Below, piece by piece: positions 52,346 through 64,000 of a DNA stretch of 64,000 bases. The stretch covers positions 167,956,566 to 168,020,565 of the forward strand of contig NC_068982.1 in the NCBI RefSeq assembly GCF_001194135.2, in the 5' to 3' direction. The position numbers and the translations under genes were made by a program. The stretch is from Octopus bimaculoides. Its lineage: Eukaryota. The notes beneath the pieces are model-generated. The model was not told the DNA's origin. It searched no databases and saw only the letters and a program-made list of their open reading frames with translations. Numbering within the stretch: position 1 is the stretch's first letter; every line of letters starts with the position of its first letter.

Positions 52346-52619
52346 GGGTTGTATCTATCTATTTCAATTTACTCTAAATTGAAAAGAGAAACGGAACATG
52401 CATACATACATACATACATACATACATACATAGAATTATACTATATTTGAAGCATTAAAATGTTTCATAAACTCATAACTGTAAAATTTCGAAATAAACG
52501 AATGAAAAGAAATGCAAAAGAAGCGCAATAGATTTACATTTACTGAATATTTTAATAGCTAGTATTTAAAAAGCCGTTGATAAGAGTGAATAAGTATTAT
52601 CCGTAGTTCTGAACTGCAA

Positions 52620-53010
52620 GTGTATGTGCAGATGAAGGGATGTAAATTTTAAACGAGAGTATATTCTATCCTGTTGTTTTCCATATTCTACTCCTTGGCT
52701 TTGTGATGTGTGGTTTTGATAGATTGTAATATCTAAAGTTTTAATTTCCTCAGACATTTTCTTTCAAAAGAAGCATTTGAATGAATGCTTAAATTAGATA
52801 TGCAGTACCTGAACAGTACTTCTGACGTAAGGTTCACCAGATACTTTACATGACATGCTGTACGCCAAGTAAGCTCGTCAATACAACCACTTTGTTGTTA
52901 AGACAGTTGACCAGTGTGCATACTTTATCGCTGTGTGTGTGGGCCGATCCTGGGATAGATATTTTTATCTGTGGTGCCTCAGATGTTCCAGCTGTATATC
53001 TAGTAACTTT
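52620..53010 (-). pseudogene. Possible LINE AP-endonuclease relic
   Basis: IYSWNI*GTTDK resembles the WNVRT/WNIRG start of AP endonucleases. DRIYSRLK lies further downstream. Confidence 0.3.
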
Positions 53011-53957
53011 TATGGATCGCTGGCTGGATACACCTACGAATCTCTCATCAAATTGCAGCTGTGTTACAAGACAAGTCCATTTGTTGAAGGCGTGAATTTT
53101 CTTTCTGATTTAAGACCATACAAAGAGCTGGTAAATAGTGCTGAGCAGCCATTGCCAGTCAATACTCTTTAGTACTGCTTGGTGTTAGCGCTATTATCCA
53201 CAGCTTTTTTGCATCTTTTCCTTACACGAGAAACTTCATTTTGCACGTAAGGTTGACTGTTAAATAAAGCTGATTCTTAATGCACAGGCAGACACCTGCG
53301 CACAACGCTCATGTAGAAGTTGGTATTAATAAAAAACTTTGTTATTCTGTAAGTCAGGGCAGAAGAAACATCTGGTGTCGTCGAAAAGTTTCATTTCCAT
53401 TTCATACATACACATATACAATACACATTTCCATTTTTCATTTAAACCACTAAAANNNNNNNNNNNNNNNNNNNNNNNNNNNNNNNNNNNNNNNNNNNNN
53501 NNNNNNNNNNNNNNNNNNNNNNNNNNNNNNNNNNNNNNNNNNNNNNNNNNNNNNNNNNNNNNNNNNNNNNNNNNNNNNNNNNNNNNNNNNNNNNNNNNNN
53601 NNNNNNNNNNNNNNNNNNNNNNNNNNNNNNNNNNNNNNNNNNNNNNNNNNNNNNNNNNNNNNNNNNNNNNNNNNNNNNNNNNNNNNNNNNNNNNNNNNNN
53701 NNNNNNNNNNNNNNNNNNNNNNNNNNNNNNNNNNNNNNNNNNNNNNNNNNNNNNNNNNNNNNNNNNNNNNNNNNNNNNNNNNNNNNNNNNNNNNNNNNNN
53801 NNNNNNNNNNNNNNNNNNNNNNNNNNNNNNNNNNNNNNNNNNNNNNNNNNNNNNNNNNNNNNNNNNNNNNNNNNNNNNNNNNNNNNNNNNNNNNNNNNNN
53901 NNNNNNNNNNNNNNNNNNNNNNNNNNNNNNNNNNNNNNNNNNNNNNNNNNNNNNNNN

Positions 53958-54011
<54 letters not shown>

Positions 54012-54620
54012 TATATGCGTTTCTTCGCCACCACCGGTTGACAACCAGTTTGGATGAATTTGATATCAGCATTTGATATAAGCATAGTTTCAACCACTCT
54101 ACGTTCTTCGCACGCATATCTCTGTTGTCGAAGGTAAATTTTTATTCAACTCCCGGGGAAATTTTCATTTTCAGGATCTCAGAAATGAAGAATATCCTGA
54201 TGTGGCGATTTTTCAGTTTCGTAACCATTGGAAATTTTTAAATTCGCATTACAATACAACGAACCATGCGGTTTTTAACCAATTGTCTAATTTTATGTTC
54301 TGTAGACTCTACATCTCCATTGGGCTGCGCAAGTTTTGGTATAAATAGAACGAGACAATAAAATATAAGTAATACACGTTCAGCGAAAGTAGTAGTGGAA
54401 ATGTTGAGATACGAACCACTACCACTTTCACTTAAAGCTTCATTGCCTTATCTACCCAGCCAGCTATGTCACTCATGTTCATGTTTTATACAGGTGGAGC
54501 AGTGTAAATTTGATATTTAAGCCTGGCTGACAACTTGGTAACTTCTACTTATTGAAATCTGGCACATTCCTGATTAAGCTGACCTGCGGTGCTTCAAGTG
54601 CAAATTCAATTCTCAGACAT

Positions 54621-54673
<53 letters not shown>

Positions 54674-55046
54674 TACACATACACGCACACGCGCACACAT
54701 ACACACATACACACACGTTTCAAACACGAAGAAATAAAATTCAGACAACAACAATGATAGCTAATATATCATGCTATATAGCGTACATGAGCAGACTCTA
54801 GATTCCAATTAACAATATTACATTATTAGGAAAGGAAGAAACACGCAAATATAAATGTAAATAATACTGTGAATAAAGGTTAATAACATTTTTTCCTAAT
54901 CTCAAAAACGAACGAAAGATGAACGAAAATATTCAAAATTGTAAGGAAATAAAAATCAAACAATAAAAATACAACGAAAAATAGAAAAGTTCTCCTGGCT
55001 GTGAATCAAAAACAGAGATAAAAATATAAAGAAACGCATTTTGATT

Positions 55047-55103
<57 letters not shown>

Positions 55104-55612
55104 ATATATATATATATATGTATATGTGTGTGTGTATGTGTGTGTGTGTGCATGAGTGTGGGTAAGCAGGCAACGGCGATAATCTCTGCGATATATATAA
55201 TGGTTTTTAGCTAATTATATATTTTTCGTTCCTTCGTTTTACGTCAACGACATATCATATTCTATATTAGCATCGCATTCTTCTTATTTTCGATTTATAG
55301 CGCTATTAATATTGGCGATATTTAATATTGAATATTATATTAAATAATAACGGAAGTTGAAAAACATCTGCGCTTTTGTTTTACTATTTTCACTTTATCT
55401 TTGCGTTTTGGATTAATATTGGGCTTCCACATATTTTCAAGAATTCTTCATGATAGTACTTTCTTTCTCAGCTTCATTTTTCTACTACAACTACTAATTA
55501 TCTATGAGGGAAGGAAAATATACCGTAAATCTTTTCTTGCATAATTAATTGATAAAAGTGAAATATATGTATATATGTATGTATGTATGTATATAAATAT
55601 ATATATACACAC

Positions 55613-55652
<40 letters not shown>

Positions 55653-55685
55653 ATAACCTGACTGATATATAAATGTATGTGTGTA

Positions 55686-55723
<38 letters not shown>

Positions 55724-55733
55724 NNNNNNNNNN

Positions 55734-55798
<65 letters not shown>

Positions 55799-56664
55799 TA
55801 ATAATATAAATAATATATAAATATATACATATATCCATATATATATGTACATACCTACATCTATATCTATACATACATGCATATATGTGTAAAGGACATC
55901 ACAAAGAACGTTAAACAATGAGAAACGAAAACATAAAGACGAAGACAGAAAACGAACATTTTTTCGAACAACGAAAAAAATAAACAGAGAAACGAGACAT
56001 AAAGAATATTTCCCTTCTCCAGTTATCCCTGTTCCATCTACTCCGCGTATCGAAGGCAAGGACAATACGCAACTTCGTTGGAACAGTCCTTCTCGCAAAG
56101 TAAATTAAATAAAAGACATTTTAAAATCCACGAAGATCAGAACTTAACTGCAGCGTTTGGTGGTTCAAATCGGATATGCAATGTATATGGGTATCTTTTC
56201 AATAGACCCATGCTGGATCTAAGGTGTACGTACAGGTGGTCAGACAGCATAAGGAGTAGACAACCATCGTATATATATATATAGATATATATATATATGT
56301 AATACAAAGAATATGTATGCATATATACACACATATATGTACATACTTACATCTATGTGTATATCGATGCATATATATATATATATATATATATATAATG
56401 TGTCTGTGTCGTTTAGAAAAATATATATCGATGCGTTGACAAGTTCTTCCATCATGCACACTATGTTATTTGTTTCCTTCCAACAGAATAATATAAGCCA
56501 AACATTTCAACCATTTAGCCAGGAGTAAATGAGTAAGAAAATACAATTTTAAGTTACTAATAACATATTTTATGTTGTATAAAATATCTGATTATCAATA
56601 ATTGCGTTGTGAATAAAAGAGAGTGAGACTAGTATGCTTGTAGCTACACATTGGTTCCAAAATT

Positions 56665-56825
56665 TGGTAATGGTTTCAAATTTAGGGGGACGGGGTAAGT
56701 CGATTTCATCAAAGCCAGAGGTCTGTTGCTACTTATTTTATCGACCCCGAAGGGATGAATGGTAAAGTCGATCGTGGCAGAATTTGAATTCAGAACATAC
56801 ATGCTAACGATCCTGTCAGTTCACC
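56665..56825 (-). mobile_element. SINE family C
   Basis: tacttattttatcgaccccgaagggatgaatggtaaagtcga...gaatttgaattcagaac. Confidence 0.75.
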
Positions 56826-57075
56826 TCCTTATTTTAACCATACATTGCGTGCGTTGTATTAATTAAACCTGAGTACTACATGAAAGGCACAAACACTTTG
56901 TAGAAAACTCATATATGATCATTCAGTGAGAGAATCACTAATTAATTACTAGCCGAAGAATTTTTCTTTTTAATATGCTAATTTGTTTATACTTTTACGT
57001 GTTCAATATTTGTACATCGTTTCAATGATTCTAAAATAATCACTATTAACAATTACAATGAAGTCTATGTTTGTA

Positions 57076-57205
57076 CAAGCGCAGACGTGGCTGTGTGATA
57101 AGAAGTTTGCTTGCCAAACACATGTCTCCGGGTTCAGTCCCACTACGTTGCACATTGGTCAAGTGTCTTCTGCTATATCTCCAGGCCGACCGAAGCCTTC
57201 TGAGA
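57076..57205 (+). mobile_element. SINE family B head (tRNA-related)
   Basis: GTGGCTGTGTGATAAG A-box-like and GGGTTCAGTCC B-box-like motifs. Its 3' part is similar to the reverse complement of 33750-33794. Confidence 0.65.
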
Positions 57206-57450
57206 AACTGAAAGAAGTTCATTGTATACTATGTGCCGCCTGAATATATACTTTCGCTTACTTTTTTGTGTGTTTTACTACATAAATGTCACCTACTGCC
57301 TACCCTCAGTAATTACTAACGGCACGTGCCTGGTATATATATATATATATATATATNNNNNNNNNNNNNNNNNNNNNNNNNNNNNNNNNNNNNNNNNNNN
57401 NNNNNNNNNNNNNNNNNNNNNNNNNNNNNNNNNNNNNNNNNNNNNNNNNN

Positions 57451-57608
57451 NTTTACTCTTTTACTCTTTTACTCTTTCACTTGTTTCAGCCATTTGACTG
57501 CGGCCATGATAGAGCACCACCTTTAGTCGTGCAAATCGACCCCAGGACTTATTCTTTGGAAGCCTAGTACTTATTCTATCGTCATTTTTTGCCAAACCGC
57601 TAAGTTAT
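57451..57608 (-). mobile_element. SINE family B 3' part
   Basis: Closely similar to 33451-33600. Confidence 0.85.
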
Positions 57609-58065
57609 AGTATTGTTATAGGAAGAACATGTTTGGTCATCTGTTTTCTCAGTAAGGATAGATATGGTTGTAAAATAACACAAACATGAATACTCTGTAA
57701 ATCTTAACAGATCTCTGGCAGCCCCTAAATATCTTGGGTCCAGAAAATGTTTATGATGAGGTTTGCTGGGAATGTAGATATGAAGAATAAATTGATCTTA
57801 TATCGCATATAGAGGTGGTAGACAGGTTTCTAAAATCACTAGAAGAAATAACATGCAATGCCTGTATACTTATACGTAAATTTATTGACTTCTACACACA
57901 TTTCGCTGTCATTAAAAAAAAAAAAAGAGAAGCAGAAACCCCACATGAATTAATGGAATTTGGTGAGTGTTGTTTTAAATAATTAGATAATTATTTCGTT
58001 TAAAAAAAGCAAAAGTATACTACTTCACAAATTTAAACACATCTGACAGACACATACTTATGCTT

Positions 58066-58066
58066 A

Positions 58067-58121
<55 letters not shown>

Positions 58122-58245
58122 GCTGCTGCTGCTACTGCTACTGCTGCTGCTGCCGCCGCCGCTGCTGCTGCAGCTGCCACCGCCGCTGCTGTTGCTGCTG
58201 TTGCTGCCGCCGCTGCCGCTGCTGCCGCTGCTGTTGTTGTTGCTA
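58066..58245. repeat. Compound trinucleotide tract (ACT)n to (GCT/GCC)n to (GTT)n
   Basis: The 3-bp register is kept across the motif changes. Confidence 0.9.
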
Positions 58246-58959
58246 CAGTAACTAGTATTCACACACCCACACACATGCATGCACATACACTCATGGACAA
58301 AATCTCAACTACACATCCGTACGCTTATATACAATTGCCTAATCGTAAACACACATATACACATACATGATACGTATATATGTACTTGTGTGTGTGTGTG
58401 TGTGTGTGTGATTCTGTGTGTATGTGTGTGTTTGTGTGAGTGTATACATATAAACACAGACATACGTACATACAGAAACATGCCAACACATGTATAAATC
58501 AACTCACTAACACCTTTATGTAGACAGGAAATCTAAAGTATTATTTTTAGAAGAGACATCAACAGGAGGATGTTTTGGCTATCATGCCTTTCTCAGTTTG
58601 GATTAGAGATGTAAATGAAATCAATTGATTTCAGTCAAGCAAATGTAATTCGAAAATCAGTAGTAGCAAACGAATCCTCTTTATGTCATCACCGACCTTC
58701 GCGTATTTAGTACTCAAACAGTAACATTAGTCAGGTAACATTTCTCTACATTTCATACAAGAAGCAAAAGGACTAAACTTTCAAATTAGAACTAATCTTC
58801 ATCTTACTTGTTAAGGTTATTAAGATATTCTCGGGAAGGAATCATATACCAATATATGTTGCCTAGTCGTTAATTTGTACTTATCTTGTTCATTGTAGTC
58901 ACGAATAGACACAAGCATTATTTCTAGTCTCCGCCTTTTGACCCTGCGCTGCATCAGAA

Positions 58960-59132
58960 TTTGATAGTTGGGAGAGAAAGAGAACTGTTGGCCGCTACTC
59001 GTTTTGAACCGAGTAAACTGAAACAACGTGAAATGAAAAACCTTATTTGAGCATACAATTCCGGTTTAGGAATTGAACGCACGATAATATGATCGTGAGC
59101 CAAATACCTTAACCACCAGGATACACGTCTTC
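58960..59132 (-). mobile_element. SINE family A-like head (degenerate)
   Basis: Reverse complement resembles 30157-30260 (gtggttaaggtatttggctcacgatc...gttcaattcc). Confidence 0.55.
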
Positions 59133-59330
59133 AAAAGGAGTCCTGCAGCATGCAACCACCAGTTATTTATCGGCAAATATTTGCTAGTTTAATTCCTCTT
59201 ATAAAAAGCTATCTGTATTGGAGCAGGTTGAGATGTATTTCACATCTTATTCACTATTATAGAAATCGGAGGTTAGCATTGTTTCTATAAGTTCCTATTA
59301 TTTTGTACTGATCAGCTTCAACTTGACGTA

Positions 59331-59399
59331 AACCACGAGAATATGAGAACCACGTCCCCAGGTTCCAAAGACCGCACAATGTCAATTGCACCGATGGTT
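59331..59399 (-). pseudogene. tRNA-like relic, possibly derived from tRNA-Gln(UUG)
   Basis: ACCATCGGTGCAATTG...GGTCTTTGGAACCTGGGGA...GGTTCTCATATTCTCGTGGT loosely parallels a metazoan tRNA-Gln. The stems are broken. Confidence 0.3.
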
Positions 59400-60644
59400 A
59401 CAGTTTTCTCCACCATAAAATCTTTAGTTTTCCGTATCTATACAAATAATTTGTTAGATTTGGATTCTGAGTGTTTCTCAGAAAAAAAGAAATCATGACC
59501 ATATAAGATATGTACGACAATTTAGTTTGGCGGGGCTTATCCCACCAGAAGCTGAGCAGCTACAATGCAGTCACTCGATCTGCTAGTAATAGAATCCGAA
59601 TTCCTTCAGATCGAACTCTACAATCGACGCATTAGGCGATGGAGTTTTAGGTATAAAGAACAAAAAAAACAAAAAAAAAGATGAGGACGGTCATGATAGC
59701 CACACTTTTGATAATAATTATCTGAATTTATACATTTTGAGATCGCTTTATAATGTTGAACTGAATAGTATTATAGTATCAATTCTTGTCCCATTCGTTT
59801 CAGCATTCAAGTACTACCTTTCAGCAACTCTAACTCGATAATATCAGTATCATCAAAATATTGTGATCGATGCGTTCGAGAATACTACGTTTTTAACACT
59901 TGTCATTAGGCCTAATTAAGAAATCTATATTTCTATTTTTATAATATCGCAGTGCATAATTTAATTCAGTCATTTCGATAAATTGATAAGTTAAATAAAC
60001 ATTGATGCATTGATAAATATACTGTGTTTGTCAATAGACACTGCAAAAAATATAATCTGCTTCGCTCTTGAGTATTGTTAAATTTGTGAAAATATATACA
60101 CCTACTTAATCAAACGTAATTGGAAACAATTGCAAAGAGGTTGAAACGATTGAGATTAGTCACCTTGCTGTTCGATCGTGACTCCATCGACTTTTTCAAG
60201 TACGTCCTGGAGAGGAGAGTGGGGGTGAAACAAAGTGTTTTTCTGTGAATTTACCAAGATGTGTAACAGTGGTGGAAAATGATAACCTGAACTGATCTAC
60301 TCAGGGTACACGCCTGTAAATTGGGGGCAACAGTTATATGAAGGACTGTGCCCCAGTTGATCAGAAAAACATTGGCCCTAGTTGGAAACTTTCTTGTAAC
60401 AAGAGATCTGTTTCATCCATGTATTCGTATATTTTCTGTTCTATGTATTCCTTTCATCTCATTCCTCACCACTCTCTTCTTCTTTACCTGGTTTTATGCA
60501 ATCGCTCTCTCAAATTTTAGACTGCCTTTTTAGTGTCCCTCATATCTGACGCCCCTTTGGCAAATAAATTATCATCACCATCATCATTATCATCATTATC
60601 GTCATTATCAACAACAGCCGTAGCAGCATCGTTACTTAAGACAG

Positions 60645-60875
60645 CAATCTGGCAGAATCGTTAGTACACTGGGAAAAATGCTTAAAGGCATTTCGTCTGT
60701 CTTAATGCACTGAGTTCAAATGTTGCTGGGATCGATTTTGCCTTTTTTCCTTCAGAGGTCGATAAAATAAGTACCAATTGATCAATGTGATCAATGTAAT
60801 CAACGTGATGAACGTAACTAATTTACCCCTCGCTCTAAATCGCTGGCCTTGTGCCAACATTTGAAATCATTAGTG
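60645..60875 (+). mobile_element. SINE family C
   Basis: ctggcagaatcgttag...aaaatgctt...ctgagttcaaat...gtcgataaaataagtacca. Confidence 0.75.
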
Positions 60876-61089
60876 AGTGAGAGAGCAAAACATACCATGA
60901 AAGTGTCGATGAAGTACAAACATACGAAGCTCAATATAGCCGTCATGACTACCCGTCTCATCAGGTTACTCCAGCCACATGCATCAGAACAATATGTGCG
61001 CGACTTTGTGATCTAGTAACAAGATAAACAGCGCATGATCCTGCCTTAGATGCCAAGAACCCTCCTATTGGGTTACAGCAAGTAATCTT

Positions 61090-61720
61090 GGATGCCGAGA
61101 ACCCTCCTAAGTATCATAGCTGTACTTAGCTATGTTTCTATACTTCTCATATTAATTTTGTTTATCATTTCGGACTGTAAAGTTAATTATCTGGCACTTT
61201 CTATTCTCTTTATATACTACTACAAAATCAGGCCTTATAGTTTCTATTACTCTGTCAGTCTAAATGTTAAAGTCCCACAACACCTTGTATTTCTTACTTT
61301 CTGGAACTTTACTATGTTCATGTTCATACTATTTATTAGTATGTTCAAATCCTAACTTTCTACATAGCTCCCAGTAGATTGATCTCCCTAGGTTGTCATG
61401 TTTTTTTCTTGTATCCTTTCTGTGTCAGCATGTTACATTCATTTACTATATGAGTAACGCTTTTCTCTTTTGATTTGCATAATCGACATTAGAAATCTAC
61501 TTTTATTTTCTTTATCTTGGCTATTATCCAATTAGTCCTTAATGCTTGATCTTGTGCACCTACAAACAACTTCCTGTCTCCCTCTTCAGCTTTCCTTTCT
61601 GCAGCCATAACCATGTCTCACTACTACTATTTGCTGCAACTATCTTTGGAAATTTACCATGCAACGCCTTATCCTGGTTTTTAACTTCATGCGGGTTTTT
61701 GGTTTCCCTATGTCTTACTG
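61090..61720 (-). mobile_element. R4/Dong-like C-terminal relic
   Basis: HGKFPK, VGAQDQALRTNWI, CRLCKSK, HIVNEC, YWELCRK, VLWDFNI and RPDFVVV; a diverged subfamily. Confidence 0.75.
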
Positions 61721-62714
61721 TTTACGTTGGAGCCAAGCATATCTTGAACGATAATTACGCTTCCTGTCGAAGAAGTAACCAGCACATAAAAAAAGAACCT
61801 CTATCATTAAGTATATAATTCGTAGAGACGTGAAGCTAATATTTACCTCGCAACCGGAAGCTCAAAATATTCGGAAGAAGATTGATCAGCAGCAGTATAA
61901 GCATACAGACGGAACGATCAGAGGACATTGGCAAGAATTTTCAAGAACGAATGAAACCCGAAAGAGCATGCTTCAAGAGTACTCTGTAGTTCCACTAAAT
62001 ATGGAGTATCGTGACATCAAAGTCATGGTCAACCAAGTTTTGCCCTTCAAAGATCAGGGCTGACGGATCGTAACAATAAAAGAATATGTGAAAATAATAG
62101 GGCAGAAATCTAGCCTAACAGCACTGAATGGAAACATCACTGGAGTTCCGGGTGTTGGTTGTTGTAGATACCATTGACTATAATTTTTTCCTATTCCGCT
62201 TTGCGTTTCTGTTAGAAATAATTATTCGGGTGGCCAATATGGTGAATGGTGGAATTAGTAGAGTAACGGGGAAATTGTCATGAGGTATTTAGTGTTGAAC
62301 ATTTAAAACGCGTGTTCAAATGCCGAGGCCGAGGTTAAGTTTCACTCTTCCATGCTCAATAATTTAACAGCCGGTAAAAAAAAAAGCGAGATTGACACAA
62401 TGGTTTATACACTGCACTCAAAATGTATGGGCGTAAACTTATCTTAGAAAAATAAATATCAGGAGTGTCAAATTTGATCAATTTGTGACAGAAAAAAACT
62501 TATCCATTCATGTAATCGACTCAAAATCACCACCCCAAAATTCATATTGTCTTTCTTCTATCCGTAATCTATGATATAAGTAACTCGAATATTAGTTTGA
62601 AATCTTGGCACAGATCCAGTAATTTCGGATAAAGCGTAAGCTGTTCACGTCGAAGTGCCGATAAGCATTTTGCCAAGCGTACTGACGAATCTGTCTACTT
62701 GCAGCCTTAAATAA

Positions 62715-62940
62715 CTCCAATATCGATTTCAAATTTTTGTAGAAGGCCAGCAATTTCGAGGAAGGGGTTAGGTCGATTACATCGACCCCCAGTACTCAGG
62801 TGGTGCTTATTTTATCGACACTGAAAGGATGGAAGGCAAAGACGATCTCGGTGGAATTTGAACTCAGAATATAAAGACGGACGAAATGCCGCTAAGCATT
62901 TATCCGGCGTAGTAACGATTCTGCCAGGTCTCCGCCTTCA
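62715..62940 (-). mobile_element. SINE family C (best-preserved copy)
   Basis: gtcgattacatcgacccccagtact...ttattttatcgac...gaaaggatggaaggcaaag...gaatttgaactcagaa...acgattctgccagg. Confidence 0.88.
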
Positions 62941-64000
62941 ATAATTCCAGTATTAAAATTGATTCTGCTACTATATAGCACATATAAAAATATTTGCTTT
63001 GTGTCAACTCAGAAACAAAACAAAAACCAGCAAACACACACGCCAAAAAATCACAAAATATTCTTGATGTTTCATGTAATCTGAGTATGTGTGTCTTCTT
63101 GTTGCTGGTGACATTATTATAGAAAAAGGTAGCTTCAAGTATTTATCTCTGAAGAAATTTGTGTAGTATTAATAAAGACTATTATTTTTTTTTCTGTACT
63201 ATAAAAGAAAGATAAAAAAAGAAGAAAAGCAGCAGCAACATTTAAAAAAATATATAAAATCATTTTAACAATGATATTGCTGTCTTCTTAATATATTACA
63301 TTTCGAATCTCGTCGCAAAAGTGAAAGTAAAAAAAAACCAAACCCCCAAATATCCGTATTTAAAAGAACTAGAAGCCAATAGATGTACATACATACAACT
63401 ATCTATGTGTGTGCGTGCGTGCGTGTGTGTGTACGTACCGCACATACAAGATGCAAACACATATAACTATATGTACGAATGTGTGTGTATGTGTATGTGT
63501 CACCTCCATCTATTTTTCTTGTTTATCTGTCATTCTCACAATGCAAGAAGAACGCGGTAACTGTGCTTAGAGAGGTGGAAGCATGACAAGACTTGATCAA
63601 AAGAAAAGTGAGAGAGAGAGAAAGAGAGAAAAGAGAGAGAAAGGGTGAGAGCGTGAGATTGAGTAAGACAGATTTAGAGAAGGAAATGTTCTGCTGTCAT
63701 GGAACAGCCAGGCTTAGAGCCCAAGCAATATATGAGAATGGAAAAACAAAAATGTAATTTCTTGTAAGTATTCGAAGAAAGGTGGAAGGTATTTCAGGGA
63801 AATGAAGAGATGAAGTGACAAATTTTCATTGGGGAAAAACAGAAATGGACCCCAACGCACACACACATATACATTCACAAACACATACACATACAAACAC
63901 ATATAACGCGTATATGTATGTATGCATGAAAGAAGAAATAAAAAGGTGTAGAGGGGGTGTGAGTCGCTGTCAAAATTGCAAGAAATCTGAAAGAATACAA

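Noticed and set aside
60925-60970. Minus-strand CTGATGAG followed by a weak hairpin
   Set aside because: No GAAA follows; too decayed to call.
61830-62063. 77-aa protein-like ORF
   Set aside because: No recognisable domain or splice support; adjacent to retroelement debris.

Overview
AT-rich, microsatellite-dense eukaryotic draft scaffold with 11 N-gaps, most abutting (TA)n/(CA)n/(AAT)n tracts. The tRNA-derived SINE families and overall repeat make-up suggest a coleoid cephalopod, probably Octopus (inference, no search run). No host gene, rRNA, intact tRNA or CRISPR array can be supported; most computed ORFs are microsatellite or gap artefacts, or transposon debris. The window is a transposon graveyard. 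It holds Penelope-like elements (GIY-YIG and RT relics, two related pseudo-LTRs each with a type I hammerhead-ribozyme motif), an internally deleted Gypsy (Mag-like) LTR element, four R4/Dong-like RLE non-LTR copies, several stacked on (TAA)n tracts, two mariner copies, two CR1/L2-like RT relics, probable Sola2 and Merlin relics, a MITE and many SINEs from three families. The best leads are the hammerhead motifs with palindromic stem III and branched stem II, a possible non-canonical hammerhead-like fold, a 97-bp element with perfect 30-bp inverted repeats and a 5-bp flanking duplication, a 166-bp foldback, inverted SINE pairs, and one candidate exon. All translations, alignments and counts were done by eye.
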